Source: Methanocaldococcus jannaschii DSM 2661
Lineage (GTDB): Archaea > AGJL01 > Methanococci > Methanococcales > Methanocaldococcaceae
DNA: 32,000 nt
Assembly (NCBI RefSeq): GCF_000091665.1
Contig: NC_000909.1
Coordinates: 259,995 to 291,994, forward strand
Direction: 5' to 3'
The first letter of the stretch is position 1. Each line of letters opens with the position of its first letter. The notes under the pieces are model-generated. The model was not told the origin of the DNA. It saw nothing but the letters and a program-made list of their open reading frames with translations, and searched no databases. Below, one piece after another: positions 19,755 through 30,267 of this stretch. The position numbers were made by a program, and so were the translations under genes.

Positions 19755-20366
19755 TTGATATATATTAGCATGTTTAAATTTCTATTTAAAATTTTAATTG
19801 GTGAAATTATGATAAAACTCCTATATGAAGGGATTTTAATCAGAGAAAATGGAATAATTAAGAAGGCCTCATCTTCATCAACGTTAATTATTACAGACAA
19901 CAACAATATAATTGTTGATACTTCAACAAAAGATATGGAAAATATTATTATTAAAGGCTTATCTGAACTAAATCTATCTCCAAATGATATAGATGTAGTT
20001 ATAAACACACATCTCCATTATGACCATATAGAAAACAACCCAATATTTAAAAACGCTACATTTTATGCCTCACCAAAAGAGTTTGGATTTAACGATAACT
20101 TTGAAGATTTTAAAAAGTTTAAAGATAAAGAAATTGAGATTATTGAAACTCCTGGACATACCTATGGCTCTATATCGGTTATTTATAAAGATTATGTTGT
20201 TGTAGGAGATGCATCTCCTTTAAAAAATAATATACTAAAGATGATTCCTCCAAAGTTGAATGTAGATGAAAAATTAGCTTTAGAGAGTTTAAAGAAAATT
20301 AGAAAACTGAGAAAAAATGTTATTACTGGACATGAGGGAATTGTTTATAAGGAAAAATTGTTATGA
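19755..20366 (+). CDS. metallo-beta-lactamase fold hydrolase
   Basis: NTHLHYDHIENN, ETPGHTYGSISV, GDASPLKNN, TGHEG. Confidence 0.88.
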   Translation: MIYISMFKFLFKILIGEIMIKLLYEGILIRENGIIKKASSSSTLIITDNNNIIVDTSTKDMENIIIKGLSELNLSPNDIDVVINTHLHYDHIENNPIFKNATFYASPKEFGFNDNFEDFKKFKDKEIEIIETPGHTYGSISVIYKDYVVVGDASPLKNNILKMIPPKLNVDEKLALESLKKIRKLRKNVITGHEGIVYKEKLL

Positions 20367-20405
20367 ATTAAAGGATTAAACAAAATATAACCAACAACTT
20401 ATTTT

Positions 20406-21161
20406 TTAATAGAAATAGCTATCTATCATCAAATCTTCAATAGTTTTTATTATTTTATTTAGGTGTTCCTCATTTTTAACTCCTTTAGCCCTGAAAATTC
20501 CTCCAGTGAAATTCATAGCCATTAATGGAATTTCTATAACTGCTCCATCAACTTCTATGATTCCAAACATCATTTTAGCCCTTTCAACAATTTTCATTTT
20601 TGATTTGTCCAACTCTCCACCTATAAATGTCCCCGTAACAAAACCTTTTTTAAAATCCTTAGATTGAATTAAAACCTTGTCTTTTTCTGGGTTAAATTTC
20701 TCTACTTCTTTAATCATCTCCTCTTTATCCTCAATCCATTCATAAATCCATTCAGGAACTTTTTGATTCATTGGTTCCATGTAATTAACTATTCTTTTTA
20801 ATGCCATTACAACAAATTTAAACTCTTTATCTTTTTCTTCAATTCCTTCTATTGCTTCAAAAAATTCATCAATTATGTTATTGGGAAGTTTTTCTTTTTT
20901 AAGTATTGAATTGGTTATTTTAATAAAAAAACTGGCATATAAACTTAAATAATCAGTTTTTTCTACCAATTCAGAAAGTATTTTCTCAATTTCTTTAATC
21001 TTTTGTAGATTCCCTTTAGCAAAAGCTATAAGAGAAGCCCAATCTAAATAATAAATGGCATCGTCATAATTTCCCTTCTCTTTCTCCTCCAATGCCTTCT
21101 TAAATAATGCATTTTCATTTTCAAAGTTCATTTTGTCATCCTTTTGGCGATATTTCATCAA
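20406..21161 (-). CDS. hypothetical protein with TPR-like N-terminal helices
   Basis: ALFKKALEEKEKGNYDDAIYYLDWASLIAFAKGNL; long clean ORF. Confidence 0.6.
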   Translation of the reverse strand: MMKYRQKDDKMNFENENALFKKALEEKEKGNYDDAIYYLDWASLIAFAKGNLQKIKEIEKILSELVEKTDYLSLYASFFIKITNSILKKEKLPNNIIDEFFEAIEGIEEKDKEFKFVVMALKRIVNYMEPMNQKVPEWIYEWIEDKEEMIKEVEKFNPEKDKVLIQSKDFKKGFVTGTFIGGELDKSKMKIVERAKMMFGIIEVDGAVIEIPLMAMNFTGGIFRAKGVKNEEHLNKIIKTIEDLMIDSYFY

Positions 21162-21292
21162 TTATTTGATAGTTTTATCTTAACTTTTTAATATTTAAAC
21201 CTTACTAAGTATTAAAGTTTCTGATAATAATAAAAATAGTAAAAATTTAGTAAATAAAGAACTAATTAATTATGCTTTAAGGAGGAGTTACC

Positions 21293-21745
21293 ATGAAAGC
21301 TCTAATTTTATACAAATCCATTCATCATAAAAATACTGAAAAAATAGCTAAGACAATAGCCGATGAGCTAAATGCTGATATCTACAATATTGATAAAGTA
21401 AGCCCGGATATAATTGAAAACTATGACCTTATAGGTTTTGGTTCTGGAATTTATTTTGGAAAACATCATAAATCAATATTTAAATTTTTAGATAAGATTA
21501 GTAAAACAAATAAAAAAGCCTTTATCTTCTCCACAGCCGGCTTTCCTTTTTTAAAAAGCATGTTCCATAAAGAGCTTAGGGATAAACTTAAAAGTAAGGG
21601 ATTTGAAATTCTTGGAGAATTTTGCTGTAAAGGTTACCACACCTATGGCATCTTTAAATTATTTGGTGGTTTAAATAAAAATCATCCAAATGAAGATGAT
21701 ATTAAAAAAGCAAAAGAGTTTGCAAAAAGTATTTTAAAAAATTAA
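21293..21745 (+). CDS. flavodoxin-like protein
   Basis: KALILYKSIHHKNTEKIAKTIADEL, GFGSGIYFGKHHK, FSTAGFP. Confidence 0.85.
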   Translation: MKALILYKSIHHKNTEKIAKTIADELNADIYNIDKVSPDIIENYDLIGFGSGIYFGKHHKSIFKFLDKISKTNKKAFIFSTAGFPFLKSMFHKELRDKLKSKGFEILGEFCCKGYHTYGIFKLFGGLNKNHPNEDDIKKAKEFAKSILKN

Positions 21746-21760
21746 AAGAGTTTATGTGTT

Positions 21761-22930
21761 TTATTCCACATCTCCTCTGTCTTTTCTTGTGATTCCTCCT
21801 TCTTCAATCAACTCTAAACCTTCTAAAGGAATAAATCTATCCTCCAATGCCTCTAAGACCTTTGGAACTGTTGTGTATTCCATCATTGTTGCAGGCAATC
21901 TGTGTGGTTGGAATGGACCCATTCTTCTTATAATATCTGCCATCTCTAAAGCTTTCTCTCTTGCTTTATCGAATCCTTTATCTGCAAACAAATCGTTAGG
22001 ACCGATTAACATTCCATCACAAACTTGGAATCCTAAGGCAATAATTCTTGCTGGCCCATCGAATCTTGTAGGTGTTGCATCCTCCTCTCCAACTGGCATT
22101 AACGGCCCCCAATGGCTACCTCTCATCCATCCTGGAACGAAGTGTGGGTTGGCAAATGGCTCTAAAACCTCTCCAACTGCTGGGAATCCGCTCTGAGCTC
22201 TAACAATAGCTACTGGGTCATCTTTACCAACGTACTCCCCAGCTATGTAGTTTAATTTTTCTGTGCTAACAACAGCAGCTATTTCGTTATCTCTTCTTCT
22301 ATAAACTCTCTTAATTGCATACTTCTCATAATCTCCAATTAAAGCTAAGAGCATATACATTTCTTCTGGAGTGTCTAAAAAGACCTTTTTGTGTCCAACG
22401 ACATCATGAACCTCAAATTTGAATCCAGAAATCATTGATGGGTCAAAGACCAAACCAGCTGTGTTGAATGGGTCTGCAAACATCTTGAATAATGGGTAGT
22501 TAAATGCTGTTGGGTCTGTTTTGTCGCAACAGAAAACAACTATTGGCTCACTCTTTCTCTCAACAAACTCCATCTCTGCACAACCAGGCCCCATACCTCT
22601 AACGTTTCCTGAAAAGCTGTCAGCTAATAAATCCTGTCCAGCTCCATATAACTTTAACTCTTTAGCTACTTTTGTTGCCTCCTCAAAAGCCCTCCATGCT
22701 AATCCATGGACTTTTTCATTATCACAACCTAATTTATGGCTCATAATTAAATCAATGTCATCCCCACATCTTGTGACATAATAATCTAATATAATCTCAT
22801 CAACTGCCTCCTCTAAAACTGCCTCACATGCCTCCAACAACTCATCTGGAGCTAATGTGTGCCCACATAAACCTCCAACATCTGCCTTTATAACACTGAT
22901 TGTTACTTTGTTGTTTTCCATTCTGCTCAC
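21761..22930 (-). CDS. fbp: fructose-1,6-bisphosphate aldolase/phosphatase (bifunctional archaeal type V)
   Basis: KVTISVIKADVGGLCGHTLAPDELL, CGDDIDLIMSH, GNVRGMGPGCAEMEF. Confidence 0.93.
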   Translation of the reverse strand: MSRMENNKVTISVIKADVGGLCGHTLAPDELLEACEAVLEEAVDEIILDYYVTRCGDDIDLIMSHKLGCDNEKVHGLAWRAFEEATKVAKELKLYGAGQDLLADSFSGNVRGMGPGCAEMEFVERKSEPIVVFCCDKTDPTAFNYPLFKMFADPFNTAGLVFDPSMISGFKFEVHDVVGHKKVFLDTPEEMYMLLALIGDYEKYAIKRVYRRRDNEIAAVVSTEKLNYIAGEYVGKDDPVAIVRAQSGFPAVGEVLEPFANPHFVPGWMRGSHWGPLMPVGEEDATPTRFDGPARIIALGFQVCDGMLIGPNDLFADKGFDKAREKALEMADIIRRMGPFQPHRLPATMMEYTTVPKVLEALEDRFIPLEGLELIEEGGITRKDRGDVE

Positions 22931-23282
22931 CCTGTTTTTTGAATTTTGTTAAAATCTTTAATATTTATATTTAGTTGGGATAATTAGTATATAAATTTAA
23001 CTTTAAGTAGTTTCGGGAAATTACGACTATTTAAAACACAAAGGAGATATAAAAATCTAATCCTGTAACTGTTGTCATCTACAACTAATTTAAATATATA
23101 TGCTTTGAGTGTAAGTTTTGGAAAGCACTATAAAAAAGCTATTTTCTCTCAATAATTTATTATAGATTTTTTATATTTATACTTACTATTCCATTGGTAC
23201 TTAAAATTCACTACACATTAACTTTATATATAGGAATTATTAGTTATTCTAATAGGGATTAAGTAACATAGGTGATAATAAT

Positions 23283-24173
23283 ATGGATCCAAAAATAAGT
23301 TATTTTCAAACATTTATAGTTGCAAGTAAAACAAAAAGTTTTTCTAAGGCAGCAAAAAGATTGGGAATTACTCAAGGAACCGTCAGTAATCACATATCAG
23401 CACTTGAGAAATACTTCGATGCCCAACTCTTTTTGAGAACTCCTGAGGGAGTTGATTTAACTCCTGAAGGAAAGATATTTTATGAAAGGGCTGAAAAGAT
23501 TTTAGACTTGTTAAATGAGGCAAAATTGTTGATGAGAGCCATACATGAAAATCCAGAGGGAATTATCAGAATTTATGCCTCTACAACCCCTGGAGAGCAT
23601 ATATTACCATCAATTATTAAGGAGTATAAAAGCTCATACAAAAATGTTGATTTTGAGATTACAATAACTGACTCTGAGAGATGTTTTAAAGCTTTAGATG
23701 AAGGATTGGCAGATATAGCAGCAGTTGGTTATCTAAAAAATAAGAATTATGAATATACAATTATAGGTAAAGATAGATTGGTTTTAATTGTCCCACCAAA
23801 TCATCCACTTGCAGAGAAAGGCACTGCTAAGCTTGAGGATATACTTAAAGAGGATTACATTGATAGAGAGGAGGGTTCTGGAACAAGAGAGGCATTTATA
23901 AAGGCTTTAAATGATAAGGGATATTCAATAATGGATTTAAACGTTGTAATGAGGTTGGGTAGTCATTCAGCAGTTATAACTGCAGTTTCTGAAGGTTATG
24001 GAGTTAGCGTAGTTTCAGAAATCCCTGCTAAAAAGGCAGAAGATGCTGGATTAATTAAGATAGTTCCAGTTGTAGATTTGGATGTTGTTAGATATTTATA
24101 TTTAGTTAAAAGTAGAAGACCAAAAAATCCAAGTGCTGTTAAATCATTCTGGGAATTTGTTACAAAGGTTTAA
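23283..24173 (+). CDS. LysR-family transcriptional regulator
   Basis: YFQTFIVASKTKSFSKAAKRLGITQGTVSNHISALEKYFDAQLFLRTPEGVDLTPEG HTH and substrate-binding domain. Confidence 0.93.
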   Translation: MDPKISYFQTFIVASKTKSFSKAAKRLGITQGTVSNHISALEKYFDAQLFLRTPEGVDLTPEGKIFYERAEKILDLLNEAKLLMRAIHENPEGIIRIYASTTPGEHILPSIIKEYKSSYKNVDFEITITDSERCFKALDEGLADIAAVGYLKNKNYEYTIIGKDRLVLIVPPNHPLAEKGTAKLEDILKEDYIDREEGSGTREAFIKALNDKGYSIMDLNVVMRLGSHSAVITAVSEGYGVSVVSEIPAKKAEDAGLIKIVPVVDLDVVRYLYLVKSRRPKNPSAVKSFWEFVTKV

Positions 24174-24175
24174 AT

Positions 24176-24214
24176 TAGTGTCTTTTATATTACAAAATGT
24201 TTTGAAAGACACTA
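24176..24214. repeat. 39-bp element with 10-bp terminal inverted repeats (copy 1); could act as terminator
   Basis: TAGTGTCTTT (24176-24185) / AAAGACACTA (24205-24214); related to 25457-25495 in inverse orientation. Confidence 0.8.
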
Positions 24215-24219
24215 TCGTT

Positions 24220-25104
24220 TTAAAATTTTATAATCTTTCCAGCATGTAACCTCTCAAAATCTTCTTTGAACTCTTCCATAAACATGTTTTCAGCCTTAAA
24301 CCCAGTGCAGTGTCCAGTACATATCTTTTTAACGCCCAACTTTTTGAGGGCTTTTATTGTACTTACAATCCTTTCATTGTCGGCATCTATTAAATGGAAA
24401 CCACCTATAACAGCATAGACCTTATTAATTCCACTTATTTTAATGGATTTTTTCACCATACTAACTATTCCTGGATGAGAACAGCCACTAACGATAATTA
24501 AACCTTTTTCAGTAACTATAGCCAATCCTATTTCATCCTCTACATTATCCAAAACTACTCTCCCATTTTCAAGCTTATAGAGACCAATTGTTGGCTTTTT
24601 CTCAAAGTTTATTTTTTCTTCATCTTCAATCTCTCCAAGTGTAAAGATACCAGGCATTAATCTTATAGGGTCTCTACTTAAAACCCATCTCCCTCCCAAT
24701 TTTTCAATATCTTCTTTTAATGTTTTATTAAGAGTTCCAGCAAGCATAAATTCTGGTTCTGTGGCAAAGCTAACCTTAAATATGTTTGGATGGGCAAATA
24801 TTGGGATTTCTTTGTTAATCTCTTTCATAATGCCAAATAACCCACCAGTATGGTCAAAGTGGTTATGAGAAAGGATTATCATGTCTATACTCTTTGGATT
24901 GATGTTTAGAAGTTTCATGTTGAAGAGAATTGGTTCTGCATAAGTTGCTGTATCAAACAGTATTCTCTTTTTAATACCATTGGATTCTACTTCAATTAAA
25001 AAAGAAAGGCCATGTTGGCTCCAAAATGGGCTATTATATCCTGCATAATCCTCAGCTAAGGTATAAATCTTTATGTTATCAACTTTTCCAATGTTCATTA
25101 ACAT
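24220..25104 (-). CDS. metallo-beta-lactamase fold hydrolase, COG1237-like
   Basis: LSHNHFDHTGGLFGI, SGCSHPGIVSMVKKS, VIGGFHLIDA, TGHCTGFKA. Confidence 0.87.
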   Translation of the reverse strand: MLMNIGKVDNIKIYTLAEDYAGYNSPFWSQHGLSFLIEVESNGIKKRILFDTATYAEPILFNMKLLNINPKSIDMIILSHNHFDHTGGLFGIMKEINKEIPIFAHPNIFKVSFATEPEFMLAGTLNKTLKEDIEKLGGRWVLSRDPIRLMPGIFTLGEIEDEEKINFEKKPTIGLYKLENGRVVLDNVEDEIGLAIVTEKGLIIVSGCSHPGIVSMVKKSIKISGINKVYAVIGGFHLIDADNERIVSTIKALKKLGVKKICTGHCTGFKAENMFMEEFKEDFERLHAGKIIKF

Positions 25105-25152
25105 CCTCCTGCTATATTGATGATTCAGTTTTAAAAATAAAAAAAGATTGTA

Positions 25153-25440
25153 TCATTTCTTTCTTCTTTCAAATTCCTTTAATAATTCTTCAAACTCTAT
25201 GTTCTTATAAGCCAATAATACCATAGTATGGAATATTAAATCAGCAGCCTCATAAATAATCTCATCTTTCTTGTCATCCTTAGCTGCTAAAATTAATTCA
25301 GTAGATTCCTCCCCAATTTTCTCACAGATTTTGTTTATTGCCGTTTTTTTATCATCGGTTGTTAGTTTTGCCACATAAGAACCTTCTGGCTTTTCTTTTA
25401 TTCTTTGTTTTATAATTTCATAAACTTCCTCTAAAATCAT
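25153..25440 (-). CDS. hisE: phosphoribosyl-ATP pyrophosphatase / MazG-like protein
   Basis: [24 protein letters not shown]...[42 protein letters not shown]. Confidence 0.88.
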
Positions 25441-25456
25441 AGATATCCCTTATCCA

Positions 25457-25495
25457 TAGTGTCTTTCAAAACATTTTGTAATAACTAAGGCACTA
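25457..25495. repeat. 39-bp element (copy 2), inverse orientation to 24176-24214
   Basis: 28-bp exact match atagtgtctttcaaaacattttgtaata (25456-25483) to reverse complement of 24188-24215; TAGTG...CACTA ends. Confidence 0.8.
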
Positions 25496-25557
25496 ATGAA
25501 CACCTTTCTTTGGAAGGCATTCAATTTCATAAAAATTTTTTATAATTTTAGAAGACA

Positions 25558-25983
25558 CTATTCTTCTAATGCCTTCAACCTTTTAACCATTTTAACAGCC
25601 GCTTCAACAGCCCTCTTACCGTAATCAACTCTTTCCTGAGCCTGCAACCTTGTCATTCCTGGCCCTGAAATTCCGAGAGTTACTGGTTTATCATATTGTA
25701 GAGCTAAATCTGCTATTTTTCTCGCTGCATTATGAACAACTATCTCATCATGTTCTGTCTCTCCCTCAATAACACACCCAATTGTTACAACTGCATCAAC
25801 ATCATCCTTTTCTAACAACTTTTTAACTGCTAAAGGCATATCAAAAACTCCCGGAACAACAATTTTATATTTTACAGTGGCTCCTAAAAATTCAGCATGC
25901 TCCTCAGCAACCTTCTCCATCATATATGTTATATCTCTGTTGAACTCAGCAATAACAAACCCAAGATTTACCATCAATACCAC
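25558..25983 (-). CDS. ribH: 6,7-dimethyl-8-ribityllumazine synthase
   Basis: [38 protein letters not shown] ... GPGMTRLQA; archaeal form. Confidence 0.93.
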   Translation of the reverse strand: MVLMVNLGFVIAEFNRDITYMMEKVAEEHAEFLGATVKYKIVVPGVFDMPLAVKKLLEKDDVDAVVTIGCVIEGETEHDEIVVHNAARKIADLALQYDKPVTLGISGPGMTRLQAQERVDYGKRAVEAAVKMVKRLKALEE

Positions 25984-26027
25984 CTTTTACTTCAAAGGAT
26001 TTTTGTTATTTCTATTTAGTTTAATTT

Positions 26028-26507
26028 TTATTTATAACTTTCTAAGGTTTCAGATAATTTAACGTATCTCAATGCATTCTCTTTTATGCTTTTAATCTCC
26101 TCCTCTGTAAGTTCTCTAACAACTCTACCAGGAACACCTAAAACTAAGCTATTTGGTGGAATCTCCTTATTTTGAGTAACTAAGGCATTAGCTCCAATTA
26201 TACAGTTCTCTCCAATCTTAGCCCCATTTAATATAGTGGCATTCATCCCAACTAAAACGTTATCTTCAATCCTACAACCATGAATAACTGCTCCATGACC
26301 TATTGATACATAATCTCCAATTATGGTTGGATACCCCTTAGAGCAATGAACGACACAGCAATCTTGTATATTGGAGTAATTCCCAATTATTATTTTATCT
26401 ACATCTCCCCTAATAACAGCATTATACCAAACTGATGAATAATCTCCAATAGTCACATCCCCAACAATTACAGCCCCTTTGGCTATCCTTACATTTTTTG
26501 AAATCAT
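26028..26507 (-). CDS. gamma-carbonic anhydrase-like hexapeptide-repeat protein
   Basis: SVWYNAVIRGDVDKIIIGNYSNIQDCCVVHCSKG, GHGAVIHGCRIEDNVLVGMNATILNGAKIG. Confidence 0.92.
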   Translation of the reverse strand: MISKNVRIAKGAVIVGDVTIGDYSSVWYNAVIRGDVDKIIIGNYSNIQDCCVVHCSKGYPTIIGDYVSIGHGAVIHGCRIEDNVLVGMNATILNGAKIGENCIIGANALVTQNKEIPPNSLVLGVPGRVVRELTEEEIKSIKENALRYVKLSETLESYK

Positions 26508-26596
26508 TATTTCACCAAAAAGTTTTTTATGTTATTTTTAGATATTTATCTTTATACAAACTACATATAACATTTAAAAAAGTATAAAAAATGTGA

Positions 26597-27784
26597 ATGC
26601 CCATGAATATTGTTAATATGTTTGGTAAATATATTAAAATAATAAAATGGATTGGTATTGCATCACTAATAGGGATTGTTGGAGGGCTAAGTTCAGTTAT
26701 TATAGCTATTATCATTGAATATTTTCCAGAAAAGCATAATGTTTTATTAATTCCAATAGTATTTTTTATTGCTGGATTGTTTGTTGATTATATTTATGAA
26801 CTAAAGGGTTCTGGGATTGACAGGGTTTTAAAAGCTTTGAATACTAATGAAAAATTGACATGGATTCGAGGACTTTTAAAAGTTTTGTTAGCTGGAGCAG
26901 TTATAGCTGTTGGAGGTAGTGCTGGAAAGGAAGGGCCGTGTGTGCAGTCAAGCGCCTCTTTTGCAGATGAGCTTTACAGATTATTAAAACTGAAAAATAG
27001 AGAGTTGGTTATTATAACTGGAATTGCTGGAGGGTTGGGGGGAGCGTTTTCTGCCCCTTTGGGGACTGCCATATTGGCATGTGAGATTATTGAACATGAG
27101 AATTTTAATTACATTAACTTAATTCCTCCAATTATTGCAAGTGTTGTTGGTTATCTAATATTTTATTTAATAACGGGAAGAAAACATTTATTTAACATTA
27201 CCTTATCCTATACTATCAACATTCACGATTTTCTTTTATTTATCTTAGGAGCTTTTTTCTGCTCTTTAATCGCACACTGCTATATAAAAACATATAGAAA
27301 AATATCTTCAACTTTCGATAATCTTAAAATTCCTTACTGCATTAAGACATTGATTGGTGGAATTTTAGTTGCAGTAATAAGTTATTTTATACCAGAAGTT
27401 ATGGGCATGGGTTTAACATTAACAAAAGAACTGTTTATTATGGAATTTTCTTTGGTATTTTTGGTATTACTATTAATAGGTAAGATATTAGCTACTTCCT
27501 TTACTGTTGGCTCTGGAACTCCGGGAGGATTGGTTTTTCCATCGATGTGTATAGGAGCAATTTCTGGAATTATATTTGGAAGTTTAATAGGAGATTGTTC
27601 TGCTCCTTATATAGTTTTAGGTATTGCCACAACATTATCTGCTACTACAAATGCTCCATTGGGAGGAGCAGTGTTATGCACAGAGATTTTTGGATTTGAT
27701 TTTGCAGTTCCAGCTTCTATAGGGGCAGTTATTGGCTACCAGATGACAAAATTGGAGACAATATTCAAATATATAAGGTTCTAA
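26597..27784 (+). CDS. CLC-family chloride channel/transporter
   Basis: GSAGKEGPCVQSSASFADELYRLL, GGAFSAPLGTAILACEI, GSGTPGGLVFPSMCIGA, NAPLGGAVLCTEIFG. Confidence 0.92.
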   Translation: MPMNIVNMFGKYIKIIKWIGIASLIGIVGGLSSVIIAIIIEYFPEKHNVLLIPIVFFIAGLFVDYIYELKGSGIDRVLKALNTNEKLTWIRGLLKVLLAGAVIAVGGSAGKEGPCVQSSASFADELYRLLKLKNRELVIITGIAGGLGGAFSAPLGTAILACEIIEHENFNYINLIPPIIASVVGYLIFYLITGRKHLFNITLSYTINIHDFLLFILGAFFCSLIAHCYIKTYRKISSTFDNLKIPYCIKTLIGGILVAVISYFIPEVMGMGLTLTKELFIMEFSLVFLVLLLIGKILATSFTVGSGTPGGLVFPSMCIGAISGIIFGSLIGDCSAPYIVLGIATTLSATTNAPLGGAVLCTEIFGFDFAVPASIGAVIGYQMTKLETIFKYIRF

Positions 27785-27817
27785 AAATAAAAAATAAAAA
27801 AGAGAAATTTGAGAATT

Positions 27818-28054
27818 TTAATCCATATTTAAAATTCTTTTTAATGTCTCACAATTTGGAATGATAATTTCATCTATCTTATATTCCTCATTCATCATTT
27901 CTATAATCGTCATTAAATCTTTTCCAATACAGAGCTCACATTTTATACAGAGCTCATCATCTGTAAGATTTTCATCCTTACAAACTACTCTTAGCTTCAT
28001 AACCTTCACTAAATTAAAAATTTTGAGTTTATAGTCTTTTTTTGATTGCCTCAA
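27818..28054 (-). CDS. small Cys-containing conserved hypothetical protein
   Basis: DDELCIKCELCIGKDLMTIIEM...IIPNCETLKR; overlaps start region of the upstream glutaredoxin-like ORF end, implying co-transcription. Confidence 0.6.
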   Translation of the reverse strand: MRQSKKDYKLKIFNLVKVMKLRVVCKDENLTDDELCIKCELCIGKDLMTIIEMMNEEYKIDEIIIPNCETLKRILNMD

Positions 28055-28286
28055 CTAATGCCTCCTTTGTAGGAGCTCCAATAAACTCAACATCCCCATT
28101 TATTACAATTGTTGGAACTGCCATTATCCCATATTCCATTGCCTTTTGAGGATTCTCCATAACGTTTATGTATTCTACTTCAACAGCATCCGGCATTTCA
28201 TTTGCTACCTCTTCAACAACTCTTTTAGCTGCAGGACAGTGAGGACACATTGGTGATGTAAAAAGCTCTATCTTTACCTTTGACAT
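28029..28286 (-). CDS. glutaredoxin/thioredoxin-like protein
   Basis: MSKVKIELFTSPMCPHCPAAKRVVEEV, GIMAVPTIVINGDVEFIGAP; CPHC active site. Confidence 0.93.
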   Translation of the reverse strand: MSKVKIELFTSPMCPHCPAAKRVVEEVANEMPDAVEVEYINVMENPQKAMEYGIMAVPTIVINGDVEFIGAPTKEALVEAIKKRL

Positions 28287-28385
28287 ACTAACACCTTAAA
28301 AACCTCTTAAGTTTATAATAAAAATTTTATCCAAATTTTTATAAATAGTTTTCCAAAAATAGAATATTAAATTATAGGCTAAAAA

Positions 28386-29087
28386 TTAATGACCACATGT
28401 CCAAACTTGTCTGAAGTGTTCAATTGCTTCAACAATATCCTTCAATTTCTCTGGTGGGAAAGCTACAACAACTTCTTCTGGCTTAATTCCAGCGTATTTT
28501 CTTGAACCGTTACAACCTAAAGTCATGTTAGGAGCTTTTCTTGTATAAACTGCCGCTACAGCATCAGCACACAATGACTGAATTCCTGAGAAATCTGCCT
28601 GGAATCTTCCACCTTTATGGTAGAGTATTGCTTGAACTAACCTCAACGCATATAATGGCTCTCCAATAAATACAATTGAGTCTGGAATGAAGTCGGTTTC
28701 ATCTAATGGAGCATAGACTGTTGCATAAATTTCCTCTTCAACTTTTGGTATTGCATCAACTGTTTTTTTAGCTGCCTCTTCATCTTTAAAGTTTCCTAAT
28801 TTGACATATAATTTTCCTGTTGCTAATGGTTCTGGTGGGTTTCTAAAGACCCCCATTGCATAAGCTCCTCCCTTACAGAGGTGTTTATCAACTGTTGCAT
28901 ATAATTTTTTTCTTTCTAATCTTGCCATTTGAATCATTTCACAGTGTCTTTTTTCTTCGTCTAATGTTTCATAGCCTTCTGGAATTTCTTCCTTTGATTT
29001 TGCCAATTTTACAGCGACAAATGGTTTATCTAACATCATCAATTCCATTAACTTTTTTGCATTTTCTCTTATTTCATTAACATCCAT
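28386..29087 (-). CDS. DUF169-family protein
   Basis: HLCKGGAYAMGVF...LGCNGSRKYAGIKPEEVVVAFP pattern. Confidence 0.75.
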   Translation of the reverse strand: MDVNEIRENAKKLMELMMLDKPFVAVKLAKSKEEIPEGYETLDEEKRHCEMIQMARLERKKLYATVDKHLCKGGAYAMGVFRNPPEPLATGKLYVKLGNFKDEEAAKKTVDAIPKVEEEIYATVYAPLDETDFIPDSIVFIGEPLYALRLVQAILYHKGGRFQADFSGIQSLCADAVAAVYTRKAPNMTLGCNGSRKYAGIKPEEVVVAFPPEKLKDIVEAIEHFRQVWTCGH

Positions 29088-29283
29088 AATCTCACCTGTG
29101 AATGGTTGTGTATGTTTTACGAACTATATTATTAACTTCCCCAGTATATATACTTTTCGATTTAATTCCAAATCACAAAAAATTTAAATCATATCATAGC
29201 CTTTCACCAAAAACAATAAAAAATCATATGAATTAGAAGTATAAGCAGAAAAATATAACTTTAACACATATGCTCAAAATTAG

Positions 29284-30138
29284 TTATAGAATCATCAACA
29301 TAAGTTCTCTTGCTATTTTAGCAGCGGTTATTGCTGTAATATTGGCAATATCATAAATCGGAGAAACTTCAACTATATCAAAACCAATAATTTTATCTTT
29401 AACCTCTTCTAATAAATATAAAGAGTTAAAAAGTTCTCTTGTTGAAAATCCACAGGGTTCTGGAGTTCCAGTTCCTGGAGCATAGGCAGGGTCTAACACA
29501 TCGATATCTATAGTTACATATATTGGCTTGTCTAAGCTCTTTATATATTCTAAATCATCCTTATTCATTAGATCCATCTTTAGATAGAGGTTGTTTTTCC
29601 TTGCAAGGTCCCATTCCTCTTTATCTCCACTTCTAATTCCAAATTGGAATATATTTTTGGTTAGCTCATAAACTCTCCTCATAACACACGCATGAGAGAG
29701 CTTATTACCCAAATATTCATCTCTCAAATCACAATGGGCATCAAATTGAATAACAATAAAATCATCATAGATGTCTTTTACAGCTTTGATTATTGGATAA
29801 GTTATAGAATGCTCTCCTCCAAAAACAATGATTTTTTTATTTTCTTTTAATATTTCCCTTGAGACTGAGTGAATTGTGCCAAATATTTCTTCTTGACTTC
29901 CATACAAATCTAAATCTTTTAAATCACAGTATTTTAATTCTGCCAAATCTCTATCTAAAATTGGGCTGTATGTTTCTAAACCCCATGATGCTGTTCTTAT
30001 AGCGTTTCCTCCCTCTCTCGCTCCCGGTTTAAATGAGGTTGTTTCATCATAGGGAATTGAAAATATAACTCCCTCAGCTTCTTCATAAGGACAATTTGCC
30101 ATCATAAATTTAGATAAATCAATAAAGTGCTCCTCCAT
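29284..30138 (-). CDS. speB: agmatinase / ureohydrolase-family protein
   Basis: [49 protein letters not shown]. Confidence 0.92.
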
Positions 30139-30267
30139 TTAACCACCTCAACAAAGAAAATATACTAAAAGAAGAATAAAAACCATAGCACATATAAAAA
30201 TATATATCCTAATCATTAAAAATAAAAAAGATTGTTTAAAATTTGATAAATTTAATTTTTTTATTTT

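Noticed and set aside
19088-20008. ORFs 19088-19273, 19378-19560, 19439-19660 (+) and 19751-20008 (-)
   Set aside because: Antisense to fdhD-like and metallo-hydrolase genes with low-complexity I/F/S-rich translations.
21756-22781. Plus-strand 146-aa ORF and 86-aa ORF opposite fbp
   Set aside because: Antisense to a highly conserved aldolase/phosphatase sequence; length is explained by sense codon bias.
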